DNA of 64,000 bases from an uncultured Chloroflexia bacterium (GTDB taxonomy: Bacteria; Chloroflexota; Limnocylindria; QHBO01), in assembly GCA_963827475.1 (NCBI GenBank), contig CAWHAZ010000004.1, forward strand, positions 160,001 through 224,000, read 5' to 3'. Within the stretch, counting starts at the first letter, position 1, and the number at the start of each line of letters is the position of its first letter. The translations under genes were made by a program, and so were the position numbers. Positions 23,434 to 33,750 of this stretch are shown one piece after another. Below the pieces are notes generated by a model, which was not told where the DNA came from, searched no databases, and saw only the letters and a list, made by a program, of their open reading frames with translations.

Positions 23434-24612
23434 TCAGGCGGGAGCTGCCTCGGTGGGCGCCTCGCTCGGCGGCTTGGGCGGCGGCTCCGGCGGCTCGGGT
23501 GGCTGGGTTGGCGGGCCGGTCCGCGCGAAGGCCTTCGCGTCGTCGGGGGTGCCACCTTCCAGCCGGCGGAAGCCATAGCGATACAGGTCGCGCCCGAGGG
23601 CGACGACCGGGGCGGCCAGGATCGCTCCCCACAGCCCGAACAGCGATCCACCGATGATCAGGGCCAGGATGACGACGGCCGGATGGAGGTCGACCGCGTC
23701 GCCCATCACCTTCGGCACGAGCAGGTGGTTCTCGACCTGCTGGATGATCGTGTACAGGGCGATGGCGGCCAGCGCCGCGGCCGGGGAGATCGAGGCGCCG
23801 ATGAGCACAGCCGGGATGGCGGCGATGATCGGACCGATGATCGGGACCAGCTCGAGGATGCCGGCCACCAGCGCGAGGAGCACCGCGAAGTCCGCAAACT
23901 CCCGGAAGCCGATGGCGGCGAGAACCAGCAGGCCGATCAGGGTCGCGGCGAAGATGACGGCGCCGAGGAGCAGCTGACCCCGGATCCAGCGGCCGATGAC
24001 GCTCACCGTCAGGCTCATCCCGTTGGCGGTGTCGGGCCGCCAGCTGGCCGGCAGCATGCGGAGGATGCCGTCCGGCAGCCGCTCGCGGTCCTTGAGCACG
24101 TACAGCAGCCAGACCGGGATGAGCACCAGGCCGACGAGGAAGCCCGCGGCGCGGGCGATGACGCTGAGCACCGGCCCGACGATCGTCTCGAGCAGGCCGA
24201 TGACCGCCTCCTGCCCGCTCGCGATGATCGTGTCCAGCGCCTCCCGGATGGGTTCTGGGAGCGGGAGGTCGGTGATCCACCGCACGATCGCCTCTTCCCA
24301 GTCCACGAACTGCGCGGCGAGAACGGGGAGCTGTTCGAGGAACCGCTGGATCTGCTCGAAGAGCGGCGGCAGCAGCAGCCAGCCCAGGGCAACGACGGTC
24401 ACGACCACGACCACGTAGAGGATCAGGATGCCGGCGACGCGTGGTACGCCCCGTCGTTGGAGGGCGGTGACCGGCGGGTCGAGGAGGAAGGCGAGGGCGA
24501 TGGCGATCCCGAACACCGGCAGCGCGCCGCGGGCGAGCCACAGGGCGAGCACGATGACCACGATCGCGACCGTGACCCACAGGCCCAGCCGATGTCGGGC
24601 AAGGAACCCCAT
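23434..24612 (-). CDS. AI-2E family transporter
   Basis: LAFLLDPPV..LQRRG, WIRGQLL, QQVENHLLVPKVMG.AVDLHP. Confidence 0.88.
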   Translation of the reverse strand: MGFLARHRLGLWVTVAIVVIVLALWLARGALPVFGIAIALAFLLDPPVTALQRRGVPRVAGILILYVVVVVTVVALGWLLLPPLFEQIQRFLEQLPVLAAQFVDWEEAIVRWITDLPLPEPIREALDTIIASGQEAVIGLLETIVGPVLSVIARAAGFLVGLVLIPVWLLYVLKDRERLPDGILRMLPASWRPDTANGMSLTVSVIGRWIRGQLLLGAVIFAATLIGLLVLAAIGFREFADFAVLLALVAGILELVPIIGPIIAAIPAVLIGASISPAAALAAIALYTIIQQVENHLLVPKVMGDAVDLHPAVVILALIIGGSLFGLWGAILAAPVVALGRDLYRYGFRRLEGGTPDDAKAFARTGPPTQPPEPPEPPPKPPSEAPTEAAPA

Positions 24613-24648
24613 GGCGCGATCGTAACGGAGCGGTACCATCGCCGGACG

Positions 24649-25359
24649 ATGAGCGCCGACGACGACGCCCCGCGCCAGCGGTGGCAGATCCTGTACTCGC
24701 GCGCTCACCCTGCCCTGCGGATGCGGCAGCAGGACATCGCCAACGAGTTCCAGCGGGTGCTGACCGAGGCGGAGCTGCCCCTCTCCCAGACCGCCGCGCG
24801 CCGTCCGCGGCCGCGGATCCGGCTGGCCGCGGTCACCCCCGCCAACCTCGAGCTGCGCGGGGACGTCATCGAGGTCTGGTTCGACGAGCTGGTGGAGCGG
24901 GATCGACTGCTGGTCGCCGGCGAGGCGTTGGCGGAGGGGCTGGCCATCGTCGACGCGCGCGAGGTGTGGCACGGGTTCCCGTCCGCCTCATCGCAGGTCC
25001 GGGGCGGCGAGTACGAGGTCGAGGCTCGGGTGCCGGACGGAACCGGCGTGGACGACCTGAAGGCCGCGGTCGTCCAGCTCCTCGCGGCGCCGTCACTCCC
25101 CGGCATGCGGCGACGGGGCGAGAGCGAGCGCCGCTCGGATGCCACCGAGCGCGACCTGCGCCCCTACGTGGAAGACCTCGAGGTGCTGAGCTTCGACAAG
25201 GCATCGCGCACGGCGCACCTGCGCATGCAGCTTCGCCTGGACCCCAGCGGCGCCGGCCGGCCGCGGGACGTCATCGACGCCCTCGAGCTTGGTCTGGAGA
25301 TGACACGCGCCATCCGCGACCGCCTCCTCTTCGTTGACACCCCCCCGGTCGCCCGATAG
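24649..25359 (+). CDS. DUF2344 / TIGR03936 radical-SAM-linked protein (degenerate)
   Basis: QRWQILYSR, LPLSQT..RPRPRI, ERDLRP, GRP.DV..AL; position between rodA and rplU. Confidence 0.7.
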   Translation: MSADDDAPRQRWQILYSRAHPALRMRQQDIANEFQRVLTEAELPLSQTAARRPRPRIRLAAVTPANLELRGDVIEVWFDELVERDRLLVAGEALAEGLAIVDAREVWHGFPSASSQVRGGEYEVEARVPDGTGVDDLKAAVVQLLAAPSLPGMRRRGESERRSDATERDLRPYVEDLEVLSFDKASRTAHLRMQLRLDPSGAGRPRDVIDALELGLEMTRAIRDRLLFVDTPPVAR

Positions 25360-25422
25360 ACTCCGGGGTCCGCGTGGGATGCCTTCTGGCGTCCCGCCGT
25401 GCGCGCAGGACGGAGACACGCC

Positions 25423-25947
25423 ATGTACGCCGTGGTCGACAACGGCGGAAAACAATATCGGGTCGAGGCCGGCACGACGCTGGTCATCGATCGCCTGGAT
25501 GCCGAGGCCGGCGCCTCGGTGACGTTCGACCGTGTCCTGCTCATCGGTGACGAGGACGGCGTGACGGTTGGCACCCCGACCGTGGCCGGCGCCTCGGTCC
25601 ACGGCACGGTGGTCGCGCATGGCCGCGGTCCCAAGATCATCGTCTTCCGCTTCCGGCCCAAGGCCCACTACCGCCGTCGCACCGGGCACCGCTCGGAGCT
25701 CACCGAGGTCCGGATCGACGAGATCGCGACCGCCGGTGGGCGATCGAAGACCGCAACCGCCGAGAAGGCGCCGGCCGCCGAGAAGAAGGCCGCGCCCCGC
25801 CGAAAGCCCGCCGCCAAGGCGGAGGGCTCGACGGCCGATGCGCCGAAGGCGCCAACCAAGACGGCTGCCAAAGCCCCAGCCAAGCCTGCCACCAAGCCCC
25901 GCAGCGCACCGGCGAAGAAGGCGGCAGCCGCCGCCACGGAGGACTGA
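25423..25947 (+). CDS. rplU: 50S ribosomal protein L21 with Lys/Ala/Pro-rich C-terminal tail
   Basis: MYAVV..GGKQYRV, KIIVFRFRPK..YRRRTGHR. Confidence 0.95.
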   Translation: MYAVVDNGGKQYRVEAGTTLVIDRLDAEAGASVTFDRVLLIGDEDGVTVGTPTVAGASVHGTVVAHGRGPKIIVFRFRPKAHYRRRTGHRSELTEVRIDEIATAGGRSKTATAEKAPAAEKKAAPRRKPAAKAEGSTADAPKAPTKTAAKAPAKPATKPRSAPAKKAAAAATED

Positions 25948-25950
25948 CCG

Positions 25951-26211
25951 ATGGCCCACAAGAAAGCCGGCTCGTCCTCGAAGAACGGTCGCGACAGCGC
26001 GGGCAAGCGCCTCGGCGTGAAGCGTGGCGACGGTCAGCTGGTGATGGCCGGCACGATCATCGTCCGCCAGCGGGGGAGCACCTTCCATCCCGGCCCGAAC
26101 GTCGGGATGGGCCGCGACTACACCCTGTTCGCCACGACCGAGGGTCGTGTCCGTTTCACACACGAGACGCGGGACAAGAAGCGCGTCAGCGTGATCGCCG
26201 ACGAAGCCTGA
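25951..26211 (+). CDS. rpmA: 50S ribosomal protein L27
   Basis: [23 protein letters not shown]. Confidence 0.98.
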   Translation: MAHKKAGSSSKNGRDSAGKRLGVKRGDGQLVMAGTIIVRQRGSTFHPGPNVGMGRDYTLFATTEGRVRFTHETRDKKRVSVIADEA

Positions 26212-26214
26212 CCG

Positions 26215-26421
26215 ATGAAGACCGAGATTCATCCGCAGTACCATCAGGCCGAGGTGCACTGCGCTTGCGGGACCACCTTCACCGTCGGGTCGACCGCCGA
26301 GTCGATCCGGGTCGAGGTTTGCTCGAATTGCCACCCGTTCTACACCGGCACCCAGAACATCGTCGACACCGCGGGCCAGGTGGAGCGGTTCCAGCGGCGG
26401 ATGGAGCGCGCCTCGCGCTGA
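26215..26421 (+). CDS. rpmE: 50S ribosomal protein L31 (Zn-binding C+ type)
   Basis: [23 protein letters not shown]. Confidence 0.97.
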   Translation: MKTEIHPQYHQAEVHCACGTTFTVGSTAESIRVEVCSNCHPFYTGTQNIVDTAGQVERFQRRMERASR

Positions 26422-26552
26422 GCCGGTCTGACCGGCGGAGCCCGGGCCGCTTGGCTCGGCTCGTCCCGCACCTCGTGTTCCTCATTCCCGAGCAGCTGAT
26501 CGCGGCTGGCCCGTTCGTCATCCAGGCGGTCGCCGGCACGCGGCAGTACCGC

Positions 26553-27452
26553 ATGCCGGACTTCTTCTACGGCGGCCAGGCACTGATCGAGGGAGTCATG
26601 ATGCGCGGCCGGTCGACGGCCGCGATGAGCGTCCGGATGCCGGACGGCGAGATCCGAACCTCATCCGAGGCGCTGCCTCGCGCGCTGATGGGCGGTCGCT
26701 GGCTGAAGGTGCCGTTCGTTCGCGGCGTCCTGGTCCTCTACGAGACCCTCATCCTCGGGACCCGGATGCTGATGCGCTCCGCCGCCCTCGCCGCGGAGGG
26801 AGAGGACATCGAGATCGGGCGCGGGACGCTGGCCGTGACCATGATCCTGTCGCTTGGCTTCGCCATCGGTCTGTTCTTCGTCCTGCCGTTGCTGCTGTCG
26901 GAGGTCGCGGAGGAGGCGGCGGGCAGCGACCTGGTCGCCAACCTGGCGGAGGGCGGGATCCGGCTCGTGATCTTCGTCGTCTACCTCGCCCTGATCGGCA
27001 TGATGTCGGACGTCCGCCGGGTGTTCGCCTACCACGGCGCCGAGCACAAGGCGATCAGTGCCCACGAGGCCGACGCGCCGCTCGAGCCGGACTCGGTGGA
27101 CCGGTTCAGCACCGCCCACACCCGCTGCGGGACGACGTTCGTGCTGATCGTGGTCGTGATCAGCATCCTGTTCTTCTCGCTCATCCCGCGCGGCGACGTG
27201 CCCCTGCCGCTGCTCATGCTGTCGCGGATCGCGCTCATCCCGGTCGTGGCGTCGGTCGCGTACGAGCTGGTCCGGTTCGGGGCGCGGCACTACGGCAACC
27301 GCGCGGTGCGGGCGATCTACTCCCCTGGGCTCTGGCTTCAGTCGCTGACCACCCGCCCGCCGGACCACGAGATGCTCGAGGTCAGCATCACGGCCCTCGA
27401 GCGGGTGCTGGAGGAGGATCGCGCCCCGCAGGGGGAACGCGCCCCGGCATGA
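26553..27452 (+). CDS. DUF1385 membrane protein (YqhQ-like)
   Basis: GGQALIEGVMMRG, FAYHGAEHK, HTRCGTTF, LQSLTTRPP. Confidence 0.88.
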   Translation: MPDFFYGGQALIEGVMMRGRSTAAMSVRMPDGEIRTSSEALPRALMGGRWLKVPFVRGVLVLYETLILGTRMLMRSAALAAEGEDIEIGRGTLAVTMILSLGFAIGLFFVLPLLLSEVAEEAAGSDLVANLAEGGIRLVIFVVYLALIGMMSDVRRVFAYHGAEHKAISAHEADAPLEPDSVDRFSTAHTRCGTTFVLIVVVISILFFSLIPRGDVPLPLLMLSRIALIPVVASVAYELVRFGARHYGNRAVRAIYSPGLWLQSLTTRPPDHEMLEVSITALERVLEEDRAPQGERAPA

Positions 27453-28528
27453 GCGAACAGCTGGGCGAGCTGACGGCCCGCTACCAGGAGCTGACCGATC
27501 TCATGTCCCTGCCGGAGACCGCCACCGACCCGACCCTGCTCGCCCGCTATGGGCGGGAGCTCGCGCGCCTGGAGCCGGTCGTGGCCGCCTTGCGGGAGCG
27601 TGAGGCCGCCCAGGAGTCTCTGGGCGCCGCCCGTGCCCATCTCGACGACGCCGACCCGGAGGTGCGGGCCATGGCGCGCGAGGAGGTCGACGCCCTGGAG
27701 GCGCGAACCGCTGCCCTCGACGCGGAGCTGCGTCGGCTCCTCGTCCCCCGCGACCCGAACGACGAGCGGGACGTCATCCTCGAGGTCCGGGCCGGGACCG
27801 GCGGGGACGAGGCCTCGCTGTTCGCGGCCGACCTGTACCGCATGTACGGCCGCTACGCGGAGCGCTGTGGGTGGTCGGTGGAGCTGCTGTCCACCAGCGA
27901 GAGCGGGTCCGGCGGGTTCAAGGAGGTCATCGCCGAGGTCACCGGCAACGGGGCCTACTCCCGCCTGAAGTTCGAGAGTGGCGTGCACCGCGTGCAGCGG
28001 GTCCCGGTGACCGAGGCCAGCGGCCGGATCCACACCTCGACCGCCACGGTCGCCGTCCTGCCGGAGGCGGAGGAGGTGGAGGTCGAGATCGACGAGGGAG
28101 ACCTGCGGATCGAGACCTATCGGTCCAGCGGTCCCGGCGGCCAGTCGGTGAACACGACCGACTCCGCGGTGCGCATCACCCACCTGCCGACCGGCCTGGT
28201 GGTCGCGATCCAGGACGAGAAGAGCCAGCACAAGAACCGGGCCAAGGCGCTCTCCGTGCTGCGCGCCCGCCTGCTCGACGCCCAGCGCGCGCGGCAAGCG
28301 GAGGAGCGGGGCGACGTCCGCCGTTCCCAGGTCGGCACCGGGGAACGCTCCGAGAAGATCCGGACCTACAACTTCCCGGACGACCGGGTGACCGACCACC
28401 GCATCGGTCTGACCGTCCACAACCTGCCCGGCCTCCTGTCCGGTGACCTGGACCGGGTCATCGAGCCGCTGGCCGAGGCCGACCAGGCGGCCCGGTTGGC
28501 CGCCGCGGGCGCCGATGTCACCGGCTGA
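27449..28528 (+). CDS. prfA: peptide chain release factor 1
   Basis: EVRAGTGGDEA, PVT motif, GGQ, RSEKIRTYNFP. Confidence 0.97.
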   Translation: MSEQLGELTARYQELTDLMSLPETATDPTLLARYGRELARLEPVVAALREREAAQESLGAARAHLDDADPEVRAMAREEVDALEARTAALDAELRRLLVPRDPNDERDVILEVRAGTGGDEASLFAADLYRMYGRYAERCGWSVELLSTSESGSGGFKEVIAEVTGNGAYSRLKFESGVHRVQRVPVTEASGRIHTSTATVAVLPEAEEVEVEIDEGDLRIETYRSSGPGGQSVNTTDSAVRITHLPTGLVVAIQDEKSQHKNRAKALSVLRARLLDAQRARQAEERGDVRRSQVGTGERSEKIRTYNFPDDRVTDHRIGLTVHNLPGLLSGDLDRVIEPLAEADQAARLAAAGADVTG

Positions 28529-29438
28529 AGCTCTTCCGGTCGCGGGGCCCGGCCTCACCGCCGGCCAGGCACTGACCGATGCGATCGCGGAGCTCCGCGA
28601 TGCGGGATCGCCGTCCGCGCGGCTCGACGCCGAGGTGCTGGTGGCGTGGGCACTGGAGCGGGATCGCGCCTGGCTCCTCGCCCATCTCGATGCGCCGATG
28701 CCCGAGCGGTCCGCTGCCGCCCTGTCCGCATGGGTCGCGCGGCGCTCGCGGGGCGAGCCGGTCGCCTACATCCGGGGTTTCAAGGAGTGGTACGGGCTCC
28801 GGATCGCGACCGACGGCCGGGCGCTGATTCCCCGCCCGGAGACGGAGCAGCTGGTCGATGCGGCGGTGCAGGAGCTGGCGGATCGGCTCGTGCGGGACGA
28901 CCGCCCGATCGTGGCCTGGGAGGTCGGGACCGGCAGCGGGGCGGTGGCGGTGGCCCTCGCCCGACGGTTCCGGGCCGCGCTGGCCCTGGGTCGGCTGCGC
29001 ATGGTCGTGAGCGACGCGTCGCCCGATGCGATGGAGCTGGCCAGCGACAACCTCGCCGCGCACGGGGTGGGGCACCTCGTCACCGAGGTCGTCGCCGACC
29101 TGCTCGACGCGGTCGGGTCGCTCCCCGCGCCCGACGTCGTCGTGGCCAACCTGCCGTACCTGCGCAGCGACGAGGTCGCCGCGGGGGTCGGATCCCTGGC
29201 CTGGGAGCCGGCCTCCGCCCTGGACGGCGGGGCGGATGGCCTCGACGTCCTGCGCGCGCTGATCGCGCGCCTGCCGAAGCGCCTGTCGGCGGACGGCTGC
29301 GCCCTGCTCGAGGTCGGCGAGGGCCAGGTCGAGCCGATCCGCGACCTCGTCGATTCCCTTCCCGACCGGTGGACCGTGACGGCGTCACCCGACCTGGCCG
29401 GGGTGGAGCGGATCGTCCGGATCGAGCGCGCCCCGTGA
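28515..29438 (+). CDS. prmC: release factor glutamine methyltransferase
   Basis: GEPVAYI, LIPRPETE, GTGSG, NLPY, ALDGGADGL. Confidence 0.93.
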   Translation: MSPAEALPVAGPGLTAGQALTDAIAELRDAGSPSARLDAEVLVAWALERDRAWLLAHLDAPMPERSAAALSAWVARRSRGEPVAYIRGFKEWYGLRIATDGRALIPRPETEQLVDAAVQELADRLVRDDRPIVAWEVGTGSGAVAVALARRFRAALALGRLRMVVSDASPDAMELASDNLAAHGVGHLVTEVVADLLDAVGSLPAPDVVVANLPYLRSDEVAAGVGSLAWEPASALDGGADGLDVLRALIARLPKRLSADGCALLEVGEGQVEPIRDLVDSLPDRWTVTASPDLAGVERIVRIERAP

Positions 29439-30046
29439 CGGAGCGCATCGCGGCCACCCCCGACGGGCTCGCGGAGGCGGCGGAGCTGCTGCGCGGCGGT
29501 GCGCTGGTCGCCTTCCCGACCGACACGGTGCACGGGGTCGGCTGTCGGGCCGATGACGCCGACGCCCTGGACCGGCTGTTCGTCCTGAAGGGCCGGCCGG
29601 CGGACCGTCGGATCGCCTGGCTGGTGGCGGACCTGGAGCAGGCGACGGGCCTTGGCCTGGACGTGGACGAGCGTGCCCGCACCCTGTCGGAGGCGCTCTG
29701 GCCCGGCGGGCTGACCCTCATCCTCCCCGCCACCGGCCGGTCCGACGGCGCCTCGACACTTGGGATCCGGGCGCCCGACCACCCGACCACCCGGGCCCTG
29801 CTGGCGGCCACCGGCCCGATGCCCGTCACCAGCGCCAACCCGCACGGCTTCCCGGAGTGCTACACCGCGGATGACGTGCTCATCGCGTTCGCCGGCGCGG
29901 CCGACCTGGCGGCGGTGATCGACGGCGAGTCGCCCGGCGGCGTGGCGTCATCGGTCCTGGACCTGAGCGGCGATACGCCGCGCCTGCTGCGCGAGGGCGC
30001 GATCGGACGGGATCGGCTCGAGGCGCTGGTGGGGCCGATAGACTGA
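29435..30046 (+). CDS. tsaC: threonylcarbamoyl-AMP synthase (TsaC/Sua5 domain)
   Basis: VAFPTDTV.G, KGRP, WPGGLTLIL, TSAN, LLREGAI. Confidence 0.9.
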   Translation: MTERIAATPDGLAEAAELLRGGALVAFPTDTVHGVGCRADDADALDRLFVLKGRPADRRIAWLVADLEQATGLGLDVDERARTLSEALWPGGLTLILPATGRSDGASTLGIRAPDHPTTRALLAATGPMPVTSANPHGFPECYTADDVLIAFAGAADLAAVIDGESPGGVASSVLDLSGDTPRLLREGAIGRDRLEALVGPID

Positions 30047-30051
30047 CCGTC

Positions 30052-30504
30052 GTGCGCGTCGCGATCGGATCGGACCACGCCGGATTCGTCCTGAAGAGCC
30101 TCCTCTGCCGGATGCTGGACGAGATGGGCGTCGAGTACCGCGACTTCGGGACGAACAGCGAGGAAGCGGTTGACTACCCCGATGTCATCGCCCCGGTCGC
30201 GCGCGCCGTGGCCCGCGGCGAGTACGAGCGAGGGATCGTGCTCGGCGGCAGCGGAACCGGGGAGGCGATCGTCGCCAACAAGATCCGCGGCATCCGCTGC
30301 GTGCAGGCCGCCAGCCCGGAGGTCGCGCGGCTCGGTCGCGAGCACAACGACGCCAACGTCCTGTCGCTCGGTGCCCGGGTGACGACCGCGGACGTGGCCG
30401 AGGCCTGCGTGCGCGCTTTCCTGGAGGCCGAGTTCGAGGGCGGCCGGCACGTCCGCCGGGTGGCGAAGATCGCGGCCCTGGAGGCGGAGGAGGCAGGCCG
30501 CTGA
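30052..30504 (+). CDS. rpiB: ribose 5-phosphate isomerase B
   Basis: GSDHAG, DYPD, GSGTGE..ANK, HNDANVL.LGAR, FEGGRH. Confidence 0.93.
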   Translation: MRVAIGSDHAGFVLKSLLCRMLDEMGVEYRDFGTNSEEAVDYPDVIAPVARAVARGEYERGIVLGGSGTGEAIVANKIRGIRCVQAASPEVARLGREHNDANVLSLGARVTTADVAEACVRAFLEAEFEGGRHVRRVAKIAALEAEEAGR

Positions 30505-31775
30505 GTCTGTACCTGGAGCCCGACGAGCGGGCTCTGCTGGCGGGGGAGGCGGGCACGGGGACGGCGCTGGCCATGCGCCTCATCGTCCGCGCGGCGGAGG
30601 TGCTCGAGGCGGATCGGCTCATCCCGATCACCGGCGCCCACGTCGACTCGTGCCTGTACCACGGCCAGGCGACCCTCGACTTCGTCGACCGCCTGGTGGA
30701 CGGCGGGGCGACGGTCCGGGTCCCGACCACCCTGAACGTCGGCGCGGTCGACCTGCTCCATCCCGAGCTGTGGCGCGGTGACCCGGACCTCGGGGCGCAG
30801 GGCCGGCGGCTGATGGACCGCTACCGTGCGCTCGGCTGCCGGCCGACGTTCACCTGCGCCCCGTATCAGCTCGCCGACGCGCGGCCGGGCCTCGGGGAGC
30901 AGGTGGCGTGGGGCGAGTCGAACGCCATCGCGTTCGCCAACTCGGTGCTCGGCGCCCGCACCAACCGCTACGGCGACTTCATGGACGTCGCGGCCGCGAT
31001 CACCGGCCGCGTCCCGGACGCCGGCCTCCACCGGACCGATGAACGTCGGGCCCGCGTCGTCCTCTCGCTCGGTGACGACGTGCCGCCCGCGCTCCTCGAC
31101 GAGGACAGCCTGTACCCGGTGCTGGGCATCGTCATCGGACGGCTTGCCGGGGCGCGGGTGCCGGCGGTGGTCGGCCTGCCGCCCGGTGTTGGCGAGGACC
31201 GCCTGAAGGCCCTCGGTGCCGCGGCGGCGTCATCGGGCTCCGTGGCCCTGTTCCACGTCGTCGGCTCCACCCCGGAGGCGGCGACCCTTGCCGACGCGCT
31301 GCAGGGCACCGCGCCCGAGGAGGAGCTCAGTGGTATCCATGGAGGACCTGCGGCGAGCCCGGGCCGAGCTGGGCGGCGAGGCCGGCGGACCGATCAGCTG
31401 CCGTGAGCCTGGGGACTCCCGCACGCCTCGGCTGCGGAGCTGTCGGAGGTCGCGGAGCTGCTGGCCGGCCGCCACGTGGCCGGGACCGTGGAGCTGGTCA
31501 TCTCCACGGCCCGCGACACGCTGGCCGACGCGGAGGCGAACGGCGTGGCGCAGCGGCTCCGTGACGCCGGCGCCGAGCTGCTGGTCGACACCTGCTCCTA
31601 CATCTCGCCCATCCTCCGCTCGCCGCCCGGCCCGGTCATGACCGATTCAGGGAAGTGGGCGTACTACGCGCCGGCCAACATCGGGGCGCAGGTCGTGCTC
31701 GGCAGCCGGCGCGAGTGCGTGGAGTCGGCGGTGGCCGGGCACGTGGTGCGTGACGGGTCATGGGGGTCCGCGTGA
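30501..31775 (+). CDS. aconitase X large (catalytic) subunit, DUF521; frameshifts at about 31330-31420
   Basis: AHVDSCLYHG, TFTCAPY, WGESNA..FANSVLGARTNR, SGSVALFHVVG.TPEA, DTC, MTDSGKWAYY. Confidence 0.85.
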
Positions 31776-32173
31776 GCGGCCGTCTCATCGCCCCCGGGCG
31801 CGCCCAGGCCCCCGCGCTGGTCCTCGACGAGCCGCTGTCGCTGTGGGGCGGCCTCGATCCCGCCACCGGCCACGTCATCGAGCCCCGACACCCGCAGCAC
31901 GGTGGGCTGGTCACGGGCCGGGTGCTGGTCATGCCCGCGGTCCGCGGGTCCTCCTCCTCCGCCAGCGTCCTGGCCGAGGCGGTCCGGGCCGGCACCGCGC
32001 CGGCGGGAATCGTCCTCGGTGAGCCGGACCTCATCCTGGCCATCGGCGCCGCGGTGGCCGACGAGCTGTACGGCATCCAGGTCCCGATCGCGGTCGTCGG
32101 ATCGGCGGAGCTCGCGGCGATCACGAACGGCCAACCCGTCGACATCGGTCCCGAAGGGGTGTCGGCCGACTAG
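31772..32173 (+). CDS. aconitase X small (swivel) subunit, DUF126
   Basis: LSLWGGLDP.TG..I...HP..G, RGSSSSASVLAE, APAGI. Confidence 0.88.
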   Translation: MSGRLIAPGRAQAPALVLDEPLSLWGGLDPATGHVIEPRHPQHGGLVTGRVLVMPAVRGSSSSASVLAEAVRAGTAPAGIVLGEPDLILAIGAAVADELYGIQVPIAVVGSAELAAITNGQPVDIGPEGVSAD

Positions 32174-32206
32174 ACTCGGGCCTCCAATCGTGGAGGAGGC
32201 GGACCG

Positions 32207-33469
32207 ATGGATGCCTGGGCGGAGCTGCAGGCGGAGGACCCGGAGATCTGGCAGGTCGTCCAGGACGAGGAGCATCGCGCGCGCTCCAACCTGGAGCTCA
32301 TCGCCTCGGAGAGCTACCCCAGTCGGGCGGTGCTGGAGGCCACCGGCTCGGTCCTCACCGCCAAGTACGCGGAGGGCTACCCTCGGCGCCGCTACTACGG
32401 CGGCTGCGAGGTCGTGGATCGGGCCGAGGACCTCGCCCGGGACCGCGCCAAGGCGCTGTTCGGGGCCGAGCACGTCAACGTCCAGCCCCACGCCGGCGCC
32501 CAGGCCAACATGGCCGTCTTCCACGCCCTGCTCGAGCGGGGCGACACGGTGATGGGGCTGGCCCTCGACCAGGGCGGGCACCTGACCCACGGGTCGCCGG
32601 TGAACTTCAGCGGGCAGTACTACAACTTCGTCGCCTACCACGTCGACCGCGAGACGCATCTCATCGACCTCGACGAGGTCCGCGCCCTTGCCCGCGAGCA
32701 CCGGCCGAAGATGATCGTCACCGGCGCGACCGCCTACCCGCGCCACTGGGACTTCGCCGCGTTCCGCGAGATCGCGGACGAGGTCGACGCGATCCTCATG
32801 ACCGACATGTCGCACTTCGCCGGGCTGGTGGCCGGCGGCGTGCACCCGAACCCGGTGCCGCACGCCCAGGTGGTGACGACCACCACCCACAAGACCCTGA
32901 GGGGGCCGCGGGGGGCGATGATCCTGTGCACCGAGGCGCTGGCCAAGGACATCGACCGCGCGGTGTTCCCCGCCATCCAGGGCGGTCCGCTCATGCACGT
33001 GGTGGCCGCCAAGGCGGTCGCCTTCCACCAGGCCCAGAGCCCCGAGTTCCGCGCCGATGCCCAGCGCACGGTGGACAACGCCCGCGCCCTGGGCGAGTCG
33101 CTCGCCGGTCAGGGCGCGTCGCTGGTGTCGGGTGGGACCGATACCCATCTCCTGCTGGTCGACGTCACGCCCTTCGGGGTCACCGGCAAGGAGGCCGATG
33201 CCGCCCTGGGCGAGGTCGACATCACCGTGAACAAGAACGCGATTCCGTACGATCCGAACCCGCCGATGGTGGCCAGCGGCATCCGGGTGGGCACGCCGTG
33301 CGTCACCGGACGGGGCATGGGCGCGGCCGACATGGCGGAGATCGGGGAGCTGATCGTGGCCGGCATCGCGGCCCGGGGCGACGAAGCCGCGCAGGCGGCC
33401 GTCAGGGCCCGTGTGGTGGCCCTCGCCGAGCGCTTCCCGGTGCCCGGCCTGGCGTGGACCCGAGCCTGA
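32207..33469 (+). CDS. glyA: serine hydroxymethyltransferase
   Basis: [36 protein letters not shown]. Confidence 0.97.
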   Translation: MDAWAELQAEDPEIWQVVQDEEHRARSNLELIASESYPSRAVLEATGSVLTAKYAEGYPRRRYYGGCEVVDRAEDLARDRAKALFGAEHVNVQPHAGAQANMAVFHALLERGDTVMGLALDQGGHLTHGSPVNFSGQYYNFVAYHVDRETHLIDLDEVRALAREHRPKMIVTGATAYPRHWDFAAFREIADEVDAILMTDMSHFAGLVAGGVHPNPVPHAQVVTTTTHKTLRGPRGAMILCTEALAKDIDRAVFPAIQGGPLMHVVAAKAVAFHQAQSPEFRADAQRTVDNARALGESLAGQGASLVSGGTDTHLLLVDVTPFGVTGKEADAALGEVDITVNKNAIPYDPNPPMVASGIRVGTPCVTGRGMGAADMAEIGELIVAGIAARGDEAAQAAVRARVVALAERFPVPGLAWTRA

Positions 33470-33500
33470 GCGGCGAGGGACGAATTCGGGGGGCACCGGC

Positions 33501-33512
33501 TATACTCGCCGC
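33501..33512 (+). promoter_or_regulatory. probable -10 box + discriminator (TATACTCGCCGC) of the atp operon
   Basis: Identical 12-mer also upstream of secA (9926-9915) and mreB (42360-42371). Confidence 0.55.
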
Positions 33513-33540
33513 GGCGTCCGATCGCCCGGAGTCGAGCTGA

Positions 33541-33750
33541 ATGCCCAAGACGAGCCCCGGGCCGGCAAGGATCCTCGGTGAAGTCACCCTGATCATGGCC
33601 GTCCCGATGCTCGGCGGCGTGGTCGTCGGCCTCGTGCTCGATGCACAGGCAGGCACCTCGCCGATTTTCGTGCTCGGCGGTCTGGTGGTCGGGAGCCTGG
33701 CCGCTGCCATCGGTATCTGGCTCTACATTCGGAAGCGCCAGCGGCCATGA
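33541..33750 (+). CDS. AtpZ/AtpI-like (ATPase gene 1) small membrane protein, copy 1
   Basis: Two TM helices, GLVLD..GTSP.F.L.GL..G pattern; first gene of the atp operon. Confidence 0.75.
   Translation: MPKTSPGPARILGEVTLIMAVPMLGGVVVGLVLDAQAGTSPIFVLGGLVVGSLAAAIGIWLYIRKRQRP

Noticed and set aside
25375-25394. Hairpin GGGATGCC-TTCT-GGCGTCCC as an L21 leader
   Set aside because: A single GC-rich hairpin is not enough to assign a family without covariance evidence.
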